NCBI GenBank assembly: GCA_964016885.1
Contig: OZ024741.1
Coordinates: 86,738,001 to 86,802,000 of the forward strand
Length of the DNA: 64,000 bases
Direction: 5' to 3'
Source of the DNA: Eledone cirrhosa
Taxonomy: Eukaryota
The position numbers and the translations under genes were made by a program. Each line of letters opens with the position of its first letter. The first letter of the stretch is position 1. Positions 21,598 to 32,559 of the stretch are shown in pieces. Below the pieces are notes generated by a model. The model was given only the letters and a program-made list of their open reading frames with translations, ran no database searches and was not told where the DNA came from.

Positions 21598-23394
21598 AAT
21601 ATATTTAGAAACACACAGATACATGCGGACACACACATATACATGAATGCATCCGCACCCAACCGTGAGTTAAGGGTGCCAACTTCACCGATGTTGCTCA
21701 ATGAATGACTGGGACAGACCAATCCGGTTGAACTAGACTGAACTAGTATCAGAGTTAAAAATACATTATGAAGAGAGAAGAAACATTTAGATATAATTAG
21801 TAATAAAATGTATCATACCTAAACTGCTCCTAGATTCCTCGACTACGTAGTTTCGTGGCATAAACAAAAACAATACATCATAAAGATATAGAGTCCTTGC
21901 GAGGTCTGCCGACTTAGCAAGAGGATACCTCATTTTACTAGTCTCAAGAACGCGTCTACACGACGTGAGAAAGAATCCCAAAAGGCGGAGGGGGAGATAG
22001 TCACGCGATATAACGGTCGAGAAACAGAGCTAAGCCTCTTATAACCCCGAAGAAAATACCACGGAGGCGGAGGGGGTATTTATATCGAAGCCGTAGAAGA
22101 GGTGGTGAAGGAGGCGAGAAGTATGAGTAATAGAAGCTTTTCAGCAGTCCCCACACTTCAAAGGTTGCTCGACCAGAGGGAGTTATTAACAATATATTTA
22201 GAAACACACAGATACATGCGGACTCACACATATACATGAATGCATCCGCACCCAACCGTGAGTTAAGGGTGCCAACTTCACCGATGTTGCTCAATAAATG
22301 ACTGGGACAGACCAATCCGGTTGAACTAGACTGAACCAGTATCAGAGTTAAAAATACATTATGAAGAGAGAAGAAACATTTAGATATAATTAGTAATAAA
22401 ATGTATCATACCTAAACTGCTCCTAGATTCCTCGACTACGTAGTTTCGTGGCATAAACAAAAACAATACATCATAAAGATATAGAGTCCTTGCGAGGTCT
22501 GCCGACTTATCAAGAGGATACCTCATTTTACTAGTCTCAAGAACGCGTCTACACGACGTGAGAAAGAATCCCAAAAGGCGGAGGAGGAGATAGTCACGCG
22601 ATATAACGGTCGAGAAACAGAGCTAAGCCTCTTATAACCCCGAAGAAAATACCACGGAGGCGGAGGGGGTATTTATATCGAAGCCGTAGAAGAGGTGGTG
22701 AAGGAGGCGAGAAGTATGAGTAATGGAAGCTTTTCAGCAGTCCCCACACTTCAAAGGTTGCTCGACCAGAGGGAGTTATTAACAATATATTTAGAAACAC
22801 ACAGATACATGCGGACTCACACATATACATGAATGCATCCGCACCCAACCGTGAGTTAAGGGTGCCAACTTCACCGATGTTGCTCAATAAATGACTGGGA
22901 CAGACCAATCCGGTTGAACTAGACTGAACCAGTATCAGAGTTAAAAATACATTATGAAGAGAGAAGAAACATTTAGATATAATTAGTAATAAAATGTATC
23001 ATACCTAAACTGCTCCTAGATTCCTCGACTACGTAGTTTCGTGGCATAAACAAAAACAATACATCATAAAGATATAGAGTCCTTGCGAGGTCTGCCGACT
23101 TATCAAGAGGATACCTCATTTTACTAGTCTCAAGAACGTGTCTACACGACGTGAGAAAGAATCCCAAAAGGCGGAGGGGGAGATAGTCACGCGATATAAC
23201 GGTCGAGAAACAGAGCTAAGCCTCTTATAACCCCGAAGAAAATACCACGGAGGCGGAGGGGGTAGGACTCTATATCTTTATGATGTATTGTTTTTGTTTA
23301 TGCCACGAAACTACGTAGTCGAGGAATCTAGGAGCAGTTTAGGTATGATACATTTTATTACTAATTATATATAAATGTTTCTTCTCTCTTCATA

Positions 23395-23400
<6 letters not shown>
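21598..23400 (-). mobile_element. Retrozyme-like tandem array: 593-bp unit x ~2.8 plus 136-bp inverted end, in a (TA)n tract
   Basis: Units start at 21598, 22191 and 22784; 23265-23400 is the reverse complement of part of the unit; the duplicate has only (TA)n at ~59055-59145. Confidence 0.85.
22427..22520 (-). ncRNA. Type I hammerhead with U3-A8 variant core (also 23020-23113; mutated copy 21834-21927)
   Basis: Minus strand reads TCCTC-TTGATAA-GT(C)GGCA...TGCCAC-GAAA-CTACGTAG-TC-GAGGA, with palindromic stem III and a GUC cleavage triplet. Confidence 0.7.
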
Positions 23401-23442
<42 letters not shown>

Positions 23443-23638
23443 CACACACAGAAATGTATATATATTTCTGTGTGTGTGTATATATATATATATATTACAC
23501 ACACAGATATGTATATATATTTCTTAGAACAAGATTATTACTAATGTTTTGCTGTTCATAATTAGAATTGAAAAGTTACTTTTGAAATTATTAGTTATAT
23601 TACTAATGCTTAGATATGTCAAAATGAAGCAATGTTTC

Positions 23639-23833
23639 TAATAATTGTTTCTACTTTTGACACAAGGCCAGCAATTAGCCAGTACATTACTGGTACTCTA
23701 TTTTATCGACCCCGTGAGGATGAAAGGCAAAGTTAACTTCGGCGGTATTTGAACTCAGACCGTAAAGAGACGTAACTCCATGCTATGAAGCATGGTGTCC
23801 GACTCTCTACAGATTCTGCCAATCCACCGCCCT
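23639..23833 (-). mobile_element. tRNA-derived SINE
   Basis: B-box GAGTTCAAATAC followed by GCCTTTCATCC..GGGGTCGATAAAAT..GTACCAG core; same family at 35510-35695, 36801-36987, 37040-37140 and 59357-59551. Confidence 0.8.
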
Positions 23834-24202
23834 AATGTCTGTACGTAATGAGGGAGTGAGAGGGGAGAGAAAGAAAGGCAGAAGTGAAGTGACGAAGTGA
23901 CTCTCTCCTCCTCCTCCTCCATCTCCCCATTCGTCACAGTGATAGAGGGGAGGAATGTTAGTGTGTTACAAAGAGAAAGAGTGAGAGTGAGAGAAACAGA
24001 CAGACTAAAAGAGAGGGATAGCTGGAGAGAGAGTGAGATAGCAACAGATACAGTACAGTAGCTAAGGGATGTATATATATTTCTGTGTGTATATATATAT
24101 ACATTTCTGTGTGTGTAATATATATATACACACAGAAATATATATCATTTCTGTGTGTGTAATATATATATATATACACACACGGAAATATATATATATT
24201 TC

Positions 24203-24257
<55 letters not shown>

Positions 24258-25718
24258 CACACACAGAAATGTATATATATTTCTGTGTTTATATATATAT
24301 ATATATTACACACACACAGAAATGTATATATGTTTCTGTAGCACTCCTCAACCCCCCCTTCCTCCCACTATCCCCCTCTTGTAGTCTGTCTCTTTCTTTT
24401 ACTCTCACTCTCTCTCTACGCGTGCGCAAAAAACATTCGCACGCGCGCACGTGTTTTAGCGTCTATTCACTCTCTCTCTCTCCCTCCCTCCCTCCCTCCC
24501 TCCCTCCCTCCCGCTATCCCCCTCTCGTAGTCTGTCTCTTTCTTTCACTCTCACTCTCTCTCTACGCGTGCGCAAAAAACATTCGCATGCGCGCACGTGT
24601 TTCCACTGTCGGACAGACAGACAAAGAAATTGCTGGTTATATATTATAAGGAGACTGGCAGAAAACCACCCGGCGGGCGGTTTTCTGCTAGCAAATCTAG
24701 TGTATATACTGATATTGTTGAGATTTGGATGAGAAATATTTTCGGCACCACATGTTCACCGTCTCTCGGTGTGTCTTTTATGCATGTATAAATATATATG
24801 TTATCTATACGGTGAAATCTTTGAAATAAATATATGTTAAAATGAAAAAGGAGAAAATAAATAACTGGCGGTTAGAAAAAAATATTCCTATGAAATTTTA
24901 ATCATACCATTAGGTGTGAATAAGGAAATATTTTTTTATTGTCAAAACAAATGTTCAAAAGTTAAACTTCAATTTTTTTAATTATTTCCAATTTTTTCAT
25001 GAAATTGGACCCTGGACATTGGCTGCTGGAAATGGAAATTAAATCGTATTTAATTGTATTTAAATTTCTAACCTTATTTTATTATTTTTATTTTTTCAAT
25101 AAGAAATTAAAAAAAGTAACAAAAAAAATTGAAGAAAAAAAATGAACAAATCAAACGTAGGTTATGGAACTGCGCAATCTGATTAATAAATTACCTCATC
25201 AGCAGCACCCTTATTCAAATGGTCCTTATTATCAGCAGCAACAACCACAAATTCAATGGCAACCTTCTTCAAACCACAAATTCAATGGCAACCTTCTTCA
25301 AATGGTCCTTATTATCAGCAGCAACAACCACAAATTCAATGGCAACCTTCTTCAAACCACAAATTCAATGGCAACCTTCTTCAAATGGTCCTTGGCATTG
25401 TGTCAAGTCAGAACCGCCTCGAACTGGTTACTTCTGGCTTGTGCAAGGTGTCTCTATAGCAACCAGCGATTCCCTCGGCCTCAGTGACCAAAGTTAGTGG
25501 AGAGGGGAAGGTAATGTTTCTATAGCGACAGTGTTTCTCTTGGTAGTACCAAAGTGGAGAAAGGAAGGGGAAGGTAATATTTCTGTAGCACCTACATTTG
25601 AGTTTTAGGGAAGGAAAGACAGACAGACAGACAGACAAACAGAGAAATGCCCATATATTTCTGTGTGTATATATATATATATATATATATTACACACACA
25701 GAAATGTATATATATTTC

Positions 25719-25758
<40 letters not shown>

Positions 25759-25762
<4 letters not shown>

Positions 25763-27926
25763 TATAGACATAGAATATTCGAAAATATTCTGTATGTTTA
25801 TAATAAACATTTTGAAGACCTAATCGCTATAGAATAGAATACGTCACGTATTACAATTAGATTCTCGATAAAAGCAAGGGAAGTAATCTACGCGTTTCAT
25901 TCTTGTTAGAATTCATCAGGACTACATATCCAGTGCTTTTATCGAGAATGACACAGCTAGAGACTTATAGAATACTTAGCTGTGTACTGGAACTGGTTTG
26001 AAAGAGCGGTTGCCGGTCCGGCAGAAATTAGAAATTGGAATAAATGCTCTGAAATAGCGATATATATGTGAGTATAGACATAGAATATTCGAAAATATTC
26101 TGTATGTTTATAATAAACATTTTGAAGACCTAATCGCTATAGAATAGAATACGTCACGTATTACAATTAGATTCTCGATAAAAGCAAGGGAAGTAATCTA
26201 CGCGTTTCATTCTTGTTAGAATTCATCAGGACTACATATCCAGTGCTTTTATCGAGAATGACACAGCTAGAGACTTATAGAATACTTAGCTGTGTACTGG
26301 AACTGGTTTGAAAGAGCGGTTGCCGGTCCGGCAGAAATTAGAAATTGGAATAAATGCTCTGAAATAGCGATATATATGTGAGTATAGACATAGAATATTC
26401 GAAAATATTCTGTATGTTTATAATAAACATTTTGAAGACCTAATCGCTATAGAATAGAATACGTCACGTATTACAATTAGATTCTCGATAAAAGCAAGGG
26501 AAGTAATCTACGCGTTTCATTCTTGTTAGAATTCATCAGGACTACATATCCAGTGCTTTTATCGAGAATGACACAGCTAGAGACTTATAGAATACTTAGC
26601 TGTGTACTGGAACTGGTTTGAAAGAGCGGTTGCCGGTCCGGCAGAAATTAGAAATTGGAATAAATGCTCTGAAATAGCGATATATATGTGAGTATAGACA
26701 TAGAATATTCGAAAATATTCTGTATGTTTATAATAAACATTTTGAAGACCTAATCGCTATAGAATAGAATACGTCACGTATTACAATTAGATTCTCGATA
26801 AAAGCAAGGGAAGTAATCTACGCGTTTCATTCTTGTTAGAATTCATCAGGACTACATATCAAGTGCTTTTATCGAGAATGACACAGCTAGAGACTTATAG
26901 AATACTTAGCTGTGTACTGGAACTGGTTTGAAAGAGCGGTTGCCGGTCCGGCAGAAATTAGAAATTGGAATAAATGCTCTGAAATAGCGATATATATGTG
27001 AGTATAGACATAGAATATTCGAAAATATTCTGTATGTTTATAATAAACATTTTGAAGACCTAATCGCTATAGAATAGAATACGTCACGTATTACAATTAG
27101 ATTCTCGATAAAAGCAAGGGAAGTAATCTACGCGTTTCATTCTTGTTAGAATTCATCAGGACTACATATCCAGTGCTTTTATCGAGAATGACACAGCTAG
27201 AGACTTATAGAATACTTAGCTGTGTACTGGAACTGGTTTGAAAGAGCGGTTGCCGGTCCGGCAGAAATTAGAAATTGGAATAAATGCTCTGAAATAGCGA
27301 TATATATGTGAGTATAGACATAGAATATTCGAAAATATTCTGTATGTTTATAATAAACATTTTGAAGACCTAATCGCTATAGAATAGAATATGTCATTCT
27401 CGATAAAAGCACTGGATATGTAGTCCTGATGAATTCTAACAAGAATGAAACGCGTAGATTACTTCCCTTGCTTTTATCGAGAATCTAATTGTAATACGTG
27501 ACGTATTCTATTCTATAGCGATTAGGTCTTCAAAATGTTTATTATAAACATACAGAATATTTTCGAATATTCTATGTCTATACTCACATATATATCGCTA
27601 TTTCAGAGCATTTATTCCAATTTCTAATTTCTGCCGGACCGGCAACCGCTCTTTCAAACCAGTTCCAGTACACAGCTAAGTATTCTATAAGTCTCTAGCT
27701 GTGTTATTCTCGATAAAAGCAACTGGATATGTAGTCCTGATGAATTCTAACAAGAATGAAACGCGTAGATTACTTCCCTTGCTTTTATCGAGAATCTAAT
27801 TGTAATACGTGACGTATTCTATTCTATAGCGATTAGGTCTTCAAAATGTTTATTATAAACATACAGAATATTTTCGAATATTCTATGTCTATACTCACAT
27901 ATATATCGCTATTTCAGAGCATTTAT

Positions 27927-27931
<5 letters not shown>
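25759..27931 (-). mobile_element. Retrozyme-like tandem array: 310-bp unit x ~5.3 plus ~540-bp inverted end, in a (TA)n tract
   Basis: Near-identical units at 25761, 26071, 26381, 26691, 27001 and 27311; orientation flips at ~27391; (TA)n on both sides. Confidence 0.9.
25883..25925 (-). ncRNA. Minimal type I hammerhead ribozyme (5 minus-strand copies every 310 bp; 2 plus-strand copies at 27420-27462 and 27731-27773)
   Basis: GTAGTC-CTGATGA-ATTCT-AACA-AGAAT-GAAA-CGCG-TA-GATTAC, enclosed by a 15-bp stem TTCTCGATAAAAGCA/TGCTTTTATCGAGAA. Confidence 0.88.
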
Positions 27932-27958
<27 letters not shown>

Positions 27959-28375
27959 TACACACACAGAAATGTATATATATTTCTGTGTGTGTATATA
28001 TATATATATTACACACACAGAAATGTATATATATTTCTGTGTGTATATATCTATATATTACACACACACAGAAATGTATATATGTTACTGTAGCACTCCC
28101 CGCCCCCTCCCGCTATCCCCCTCTTGTAGTCTGTCTCTTTCTTTCACTCTCACTCTCTCTCTACGCGTGCGCAAAAAACATTCGCATGTGCGCACGTGTT
28201 TTAGCGTCTATTCACTCTCTATCTCTCCCTCCCGCTATCCCTCTCTCGTAGTCTGTCTCTTTCTTTCACTCTCACTCTCTCTCTACGCGTTCGCAAAAAA
28301 CATTCGCATGCGCGCACGTCTTTTTACTGTCGGACAGACAGACAAAGAAATTGCTGGTTATATATTATAAGGAGA

Positions 28376-29315
28376 CTGGCAGAAAACCACCCGGTGGGCG
28401 GTTTTCTGATAGCAAATCTAGTCTATATACTGATATTGTTGAGATTTGGATGAGAAATGTTTTCGGCACCACATGTTTACCGTCTCTCGGTGTGTCTTTT
28501 ATGCATGTATAAATATATATGTTATCTATACGGTGAAATCTTTGAAATAAATATATGTTAAAATGAAAAAGGAGAAAATAAATAACTGGCGGTTAGAAAA
28601 AAATATTCCTATGAAATTTTAATCATACCATTAGGTGTGAATAAGGAAATATTTTTTTATTGTCAAAACAAATGTTCAAAAGTTAAACTTCAATTTTTTT
28701 AATTATTTCCAAATTTTTCATGAAATTGAACACTGGACATTGGCTGCTGGAAATGGAAATTAAATCGTATTTAATTGTATTTAAATTTCTAACCTTATTT
28801 TATTATTTATATTTTTTCAATAAGAAATTTAAACAAAAACAACAACAAAAATTGAAGAAAAAATTGAACAAATCAAACGTAGGTTATGGAACTGCGCAAT
28901 CTGATTAATAAATTACCTCATCAGCAGCAACCTTCTTCAAATGGTCCTTATTATCAGCAGCAACAACCACAAATTCAATGGCAACCTTCTTCAAACCACA
29001 AATTCAATGGCAACCTTCTTCAAATGGTCCTTGGCATGGTGTCAAGTCAGAACCGCCTCGAACTGGTTATATCTGGCTTGTGCAAGGTGTCTCTATAGCA
29101 ACCAGCGATTCCCTCGGCCTCAGTGACCAAAGTCACTGGAGAGGGGAAGGTAATGTTTCTGTAGCACGTGTTTTAGCGTCTATTTACTCTCTCTCTCTCT
29201 CCCTATCCCCCTCTCGTAGTCTGTCTCTTTCTTTCACTCTCACTCTCTCGCTACCCACGTGTCTCCACTGTCGGACAGACAGACAGAGAAATTGCTGGTT
29301 ATATATATAAGTAGA
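28376..29315 (-). mobile_element. Shortest deleted Helitron unit, forming the outer 5' end of the array
   Basis: Same palindrome and the same internal deletion joint as 24655-28375; ends A|TCTACTTATATATATAACC at 29315. Confidence 0.8.
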
Positions 29316-29910
29316 TTAGAAAAAAGATTTCGAATTAGAAACACCGCTTTCGCTTAACTTTCAATTTAAAAATAAATATTTCTTCAAAGTAACAATTCGT
29401 ATTTTGTCTAACTTGTCCGTAGAGAAAGGCGACAGTTGGCACTTTCGTATTTGTGCATGTTTTGTATATGTAAACTGATACTTGGAACTTCGTTGACTTA
29501 ATGTGCATTTTAGCTGCTATTTCTAGCGTCACGGATAGGCTCATCGTTGATACGTAATAGTTATTTCGCTGGTTGATGAATTTCTTTTTGCATTTTTGTT
29601 ATCATGGTTTCGATAAAGGAACATATTGATGTAAAGGGTTCTTCTGAATGTTAGGAACCCTTTACTTATGAAGCCGGTGTTATTCAAGTAAGGGAAAATT
29701 GCCAACGACACCGCCTATCTAAAATCTTTACAACTTCATCTGATATAAACAGTCCTATGACAAAAATAGTATCATAATATATTATGGAAGAAGTTAATCA
29801 CTCGAACACTTTTCACTGAACCATAATAGATTATACTTCATCTAACGTAATTACAACTTGTAAATAGAGACGTTGTGTACCCAAGACAAAAAACTTTATC
29901 ATAATACATT

Positions 29911-31403
29911 ATGGAAGACATTAATCACACAAACACAACAGTTTTCAACACTCTATATTCAGTTACAGTGGCATACAGTAGTGAGAAACCATTATGTAGT
30001 GAAGCATTTACTAAACAAATATTTTGATTCTAATAGTAATTAATTTAACAAGTCACAAAAGAATTCACACTGGAGAAAAACCCTATCACTGTGAAATATG
30101 TGGTAAATCATTCTCTGTTAATTCTAACCTTGTAGTTCACAAGAGGATACATACTGGAGAAAAACCGTATGAATGTGAAATATGTGGAAAATCTTTTAAC
30201 ACTAACAGTTATTTAACAACACACAAGCGAATAAACGCTGCAGAAAAACCATTTCACTGTAAAATATGTGGCAATTCTTTCACTGAAAATTCTAAGCTTA
30301 CAATTCATATACGTAGACACACTGGAGAAAAACCGTATTGCTGTGAAATATGCGGGAAATCTTTTGTCAATAATAGTTATTTAACCAGTCACAATAGAAT
30401 ACACACCGGAGAGAAACTCTACCACTGTGAAATATGTGGGAAATCTTTCACTCAGAATTCCAGTCTTATTATTCACAAACGTAGCCACACTGGTGAAAAA
30501 CCATGTCATTGTGGAGTATGTGGAAAATCTTTCTTTATCAATTCGAGTCTTGTTATCCACCAACGTAGACACACTGGAGAAAAACCATGGCCCTGTCTAA
30601 TATGTAGGAAATCATTCTCAAATAATTCAAGTCTTGTTATCCACATATGCAGTCACACTGGAGAAAAACCTTATCATTGTGAAATATGTGGAAAATCATT
30701 CACAAATAATTCAAATCTTGTTATCCACACTGGTGAAAAACCCTTCGACTGTGATATATGCGGAAAATCCTTTGTTTCCAACACTATTTTAACAACACAC
30801 AAAAGAATACATACTGAAGAAAAACTATTTCACTGTGAAATATGTGGGGATTCTTTCATTAATAATTCGAATCTTGTTATCCACAAATGCAATCACACTG
30901 GAGAAAAGCCATATCAGTGTGAAATATGTGGTAAATCATTTGTGATAAATAGTGTCTTAAGAACACACAAAAGAATACATACTGGAGAAAAACCTTATCA
31001 CTGTGAAATATGTGGGAAATCATTCATAAATAATTCCCAACTTGTAGTTCACAAAAGAATACATACTGGAGAAAAGTCCTTCCATTGTGATACATGTGGG
31101 AGATATTTTGTCTTTAACAGCTATTTGGCAATACACACTAGAGATAACCCATTTCACTGTGAAATATGCGGAAAGTCTTTTGTTGAAAATTCCAAGCTTA
31201 CAATCCACAAACGTAGACACACTGGAGAAAAACGGTATCGCTGTGAAATATGTGGGAAATCTTTCTCTCTTAATTGTAGTCTTGTAGTTCACAAACGTAG
31301 TCACACTGGAGAAAAACCCTATCATTGTGATATTTGTAGGAAGTCATTTAGCAGTCTTTTAAAAAGACATGAACGAATACACACTGGAAGGGAAAGCATT
31401 TAA
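29911..31403 (+). pseudogene. Tandem C2H2 zinc-finger gene (~15 fingers open over 30024-31403), 5' end disrupted
   Basis: [16 protein letters not shown] repeats. The ATG at 29911 (MEDINHTN) is out of frame with the finger ORF after a ~0.27-kb deletion relative to the paralog at 61233. It could still be used through splicing. Confidence 0.8.
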
Positions 31404-32212
31404 CTGGGAAACATGACAAATCCTATGGCAAATCTAAATTTATTGTCCACCAAGTACATATTGTATCTTCCAGCAGGCTATCAATATAATTTCTTTTCAT
31501 TCTACCACTGTTAGTGTAGGAGCCATCTGATGGCTCCTATAGAACAAGATCACTTGTAGTTCACAGCTGAATACTGACTGGAGGAAAAATCATCTGTGAA
31601 ATATGTTGGAAATCTATCTGAATTCTAGTCTTTTGATTTACAGAGAAAGATATATTTACTTATTTTTTATTCAAGATTTTCTTTAGACACCATCTCATTA
31701 AACATGACTGGAAAAAAGATGTAAAATCTTATCACTGAAATTTAGGACAAAATAATCAAATTTTAATGTAAACCACCATTTTCTTAATAAAAATGTTAAT
31801 CTATGTTATAATTGTAATAATTATTACATGTAATTTCTGGATAGTCTAACTTACGTTTTTTTTAAAAATCGATTGACCTCTGAAAAAGATATTTGTAACA
31901 AAATCTATACTATAATAAAGGGAGGAGTTCGGGACAGCTTACGGTTTATATATTTTAATCCACTTAGTAAAAGAAGTTGGATTACTTTGAATAAATAATG
32001 AATGGATATTACATAATTTATGTACTAAATTTCATAATTCTTGATTAAATATAAATAATTTTATTGTTTATTTAAAATTGACTTCTTTTCAAAGTTTTAA
32101 ATTTCTACACTTCTGGTATATTGCCGCTGCCACCACCACTTCAACTACCATATATATAGAAAAAGAGAGTGTGTGATGAGAGAGATACAGATATATTGAG
32201 TGATTATATGAC

Positions 32213-32254
<42 letters not shown>

Positions 32255-32559
32255 TGAAAGAGATAGATGAAGAGATAAGGATTTTTTTCTTACATGCTGA
32301 CGCGTATGTGTGTGTATGTGCACAAACACATCTATATGTATGAGTATATAACTATAATCGAACAACTTACAAAAATACACCCTCACGGACATACATTCGC
32401 ACATATACATTTACACAAACGCACACATACAGTCATGATAACAGCTTTCAATGACTTGGAAATGGGAGAATAAAATAAAGTACAACCTTTTATTTATTTA
32501 TTAACAACACAGTTTAACTCTTTTTTTTTAAACTCATTTGTATAAAAATTTAATATAAT

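Larger units (their letters stand above)
13654..24654 (-). mobile_element. Full-length composite Helitron (protease ORF + RepHel) with nested insertions
   Basis: 5' TCTCCTTATAATATATAACC at 24654; 3' palindrome ending CTAG at 13654; internal ATAG|TC joint with hairpin ACCCGT..ACGGGT at 14157/14156; RepHel ORF inside. Confidence 0.85.
24655..28375 (-). mobile_element. Internally deleted Helitron unit (no ORFs) carrying the 310-bp array
   Basis: Terminal palindrome plus ~200 bp of the 3' module is fused at ~24858 to sequence matching 20780 onward; 5' TC at 28375. Confidence 0.8.

Noticed and set aside
23639-23833. tRNA gene
   Set aside because: A/B-box-like head is followed by a SINE core and tail, with several diverged copies; no complete cloverleaf was seen.
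25759-27931. CRISPR array or plain satellite interpretation of the 310-bp and 593-bp repeats
   Set aside because: Units are identical end to end with no unique spacers, there are no cas genes and the context is eukaryotic; the hammerheads and inverted ends fit retrozymes better.
29315-31403. Capture of the zinc-finger gene by the Helitron as the duplication mechanism
   Set aside because: The ZNF genes lie outside the TC and CTAG termini, and the duplicated block extends well beyond the Helitron on both sides.
31904-32160. Another Helitron starting A|TCTATACTATAATAAAG on the plus strand
   Set aside because: Plausible 5' end, but no matching hairpin/CTRR 3' end could be located.
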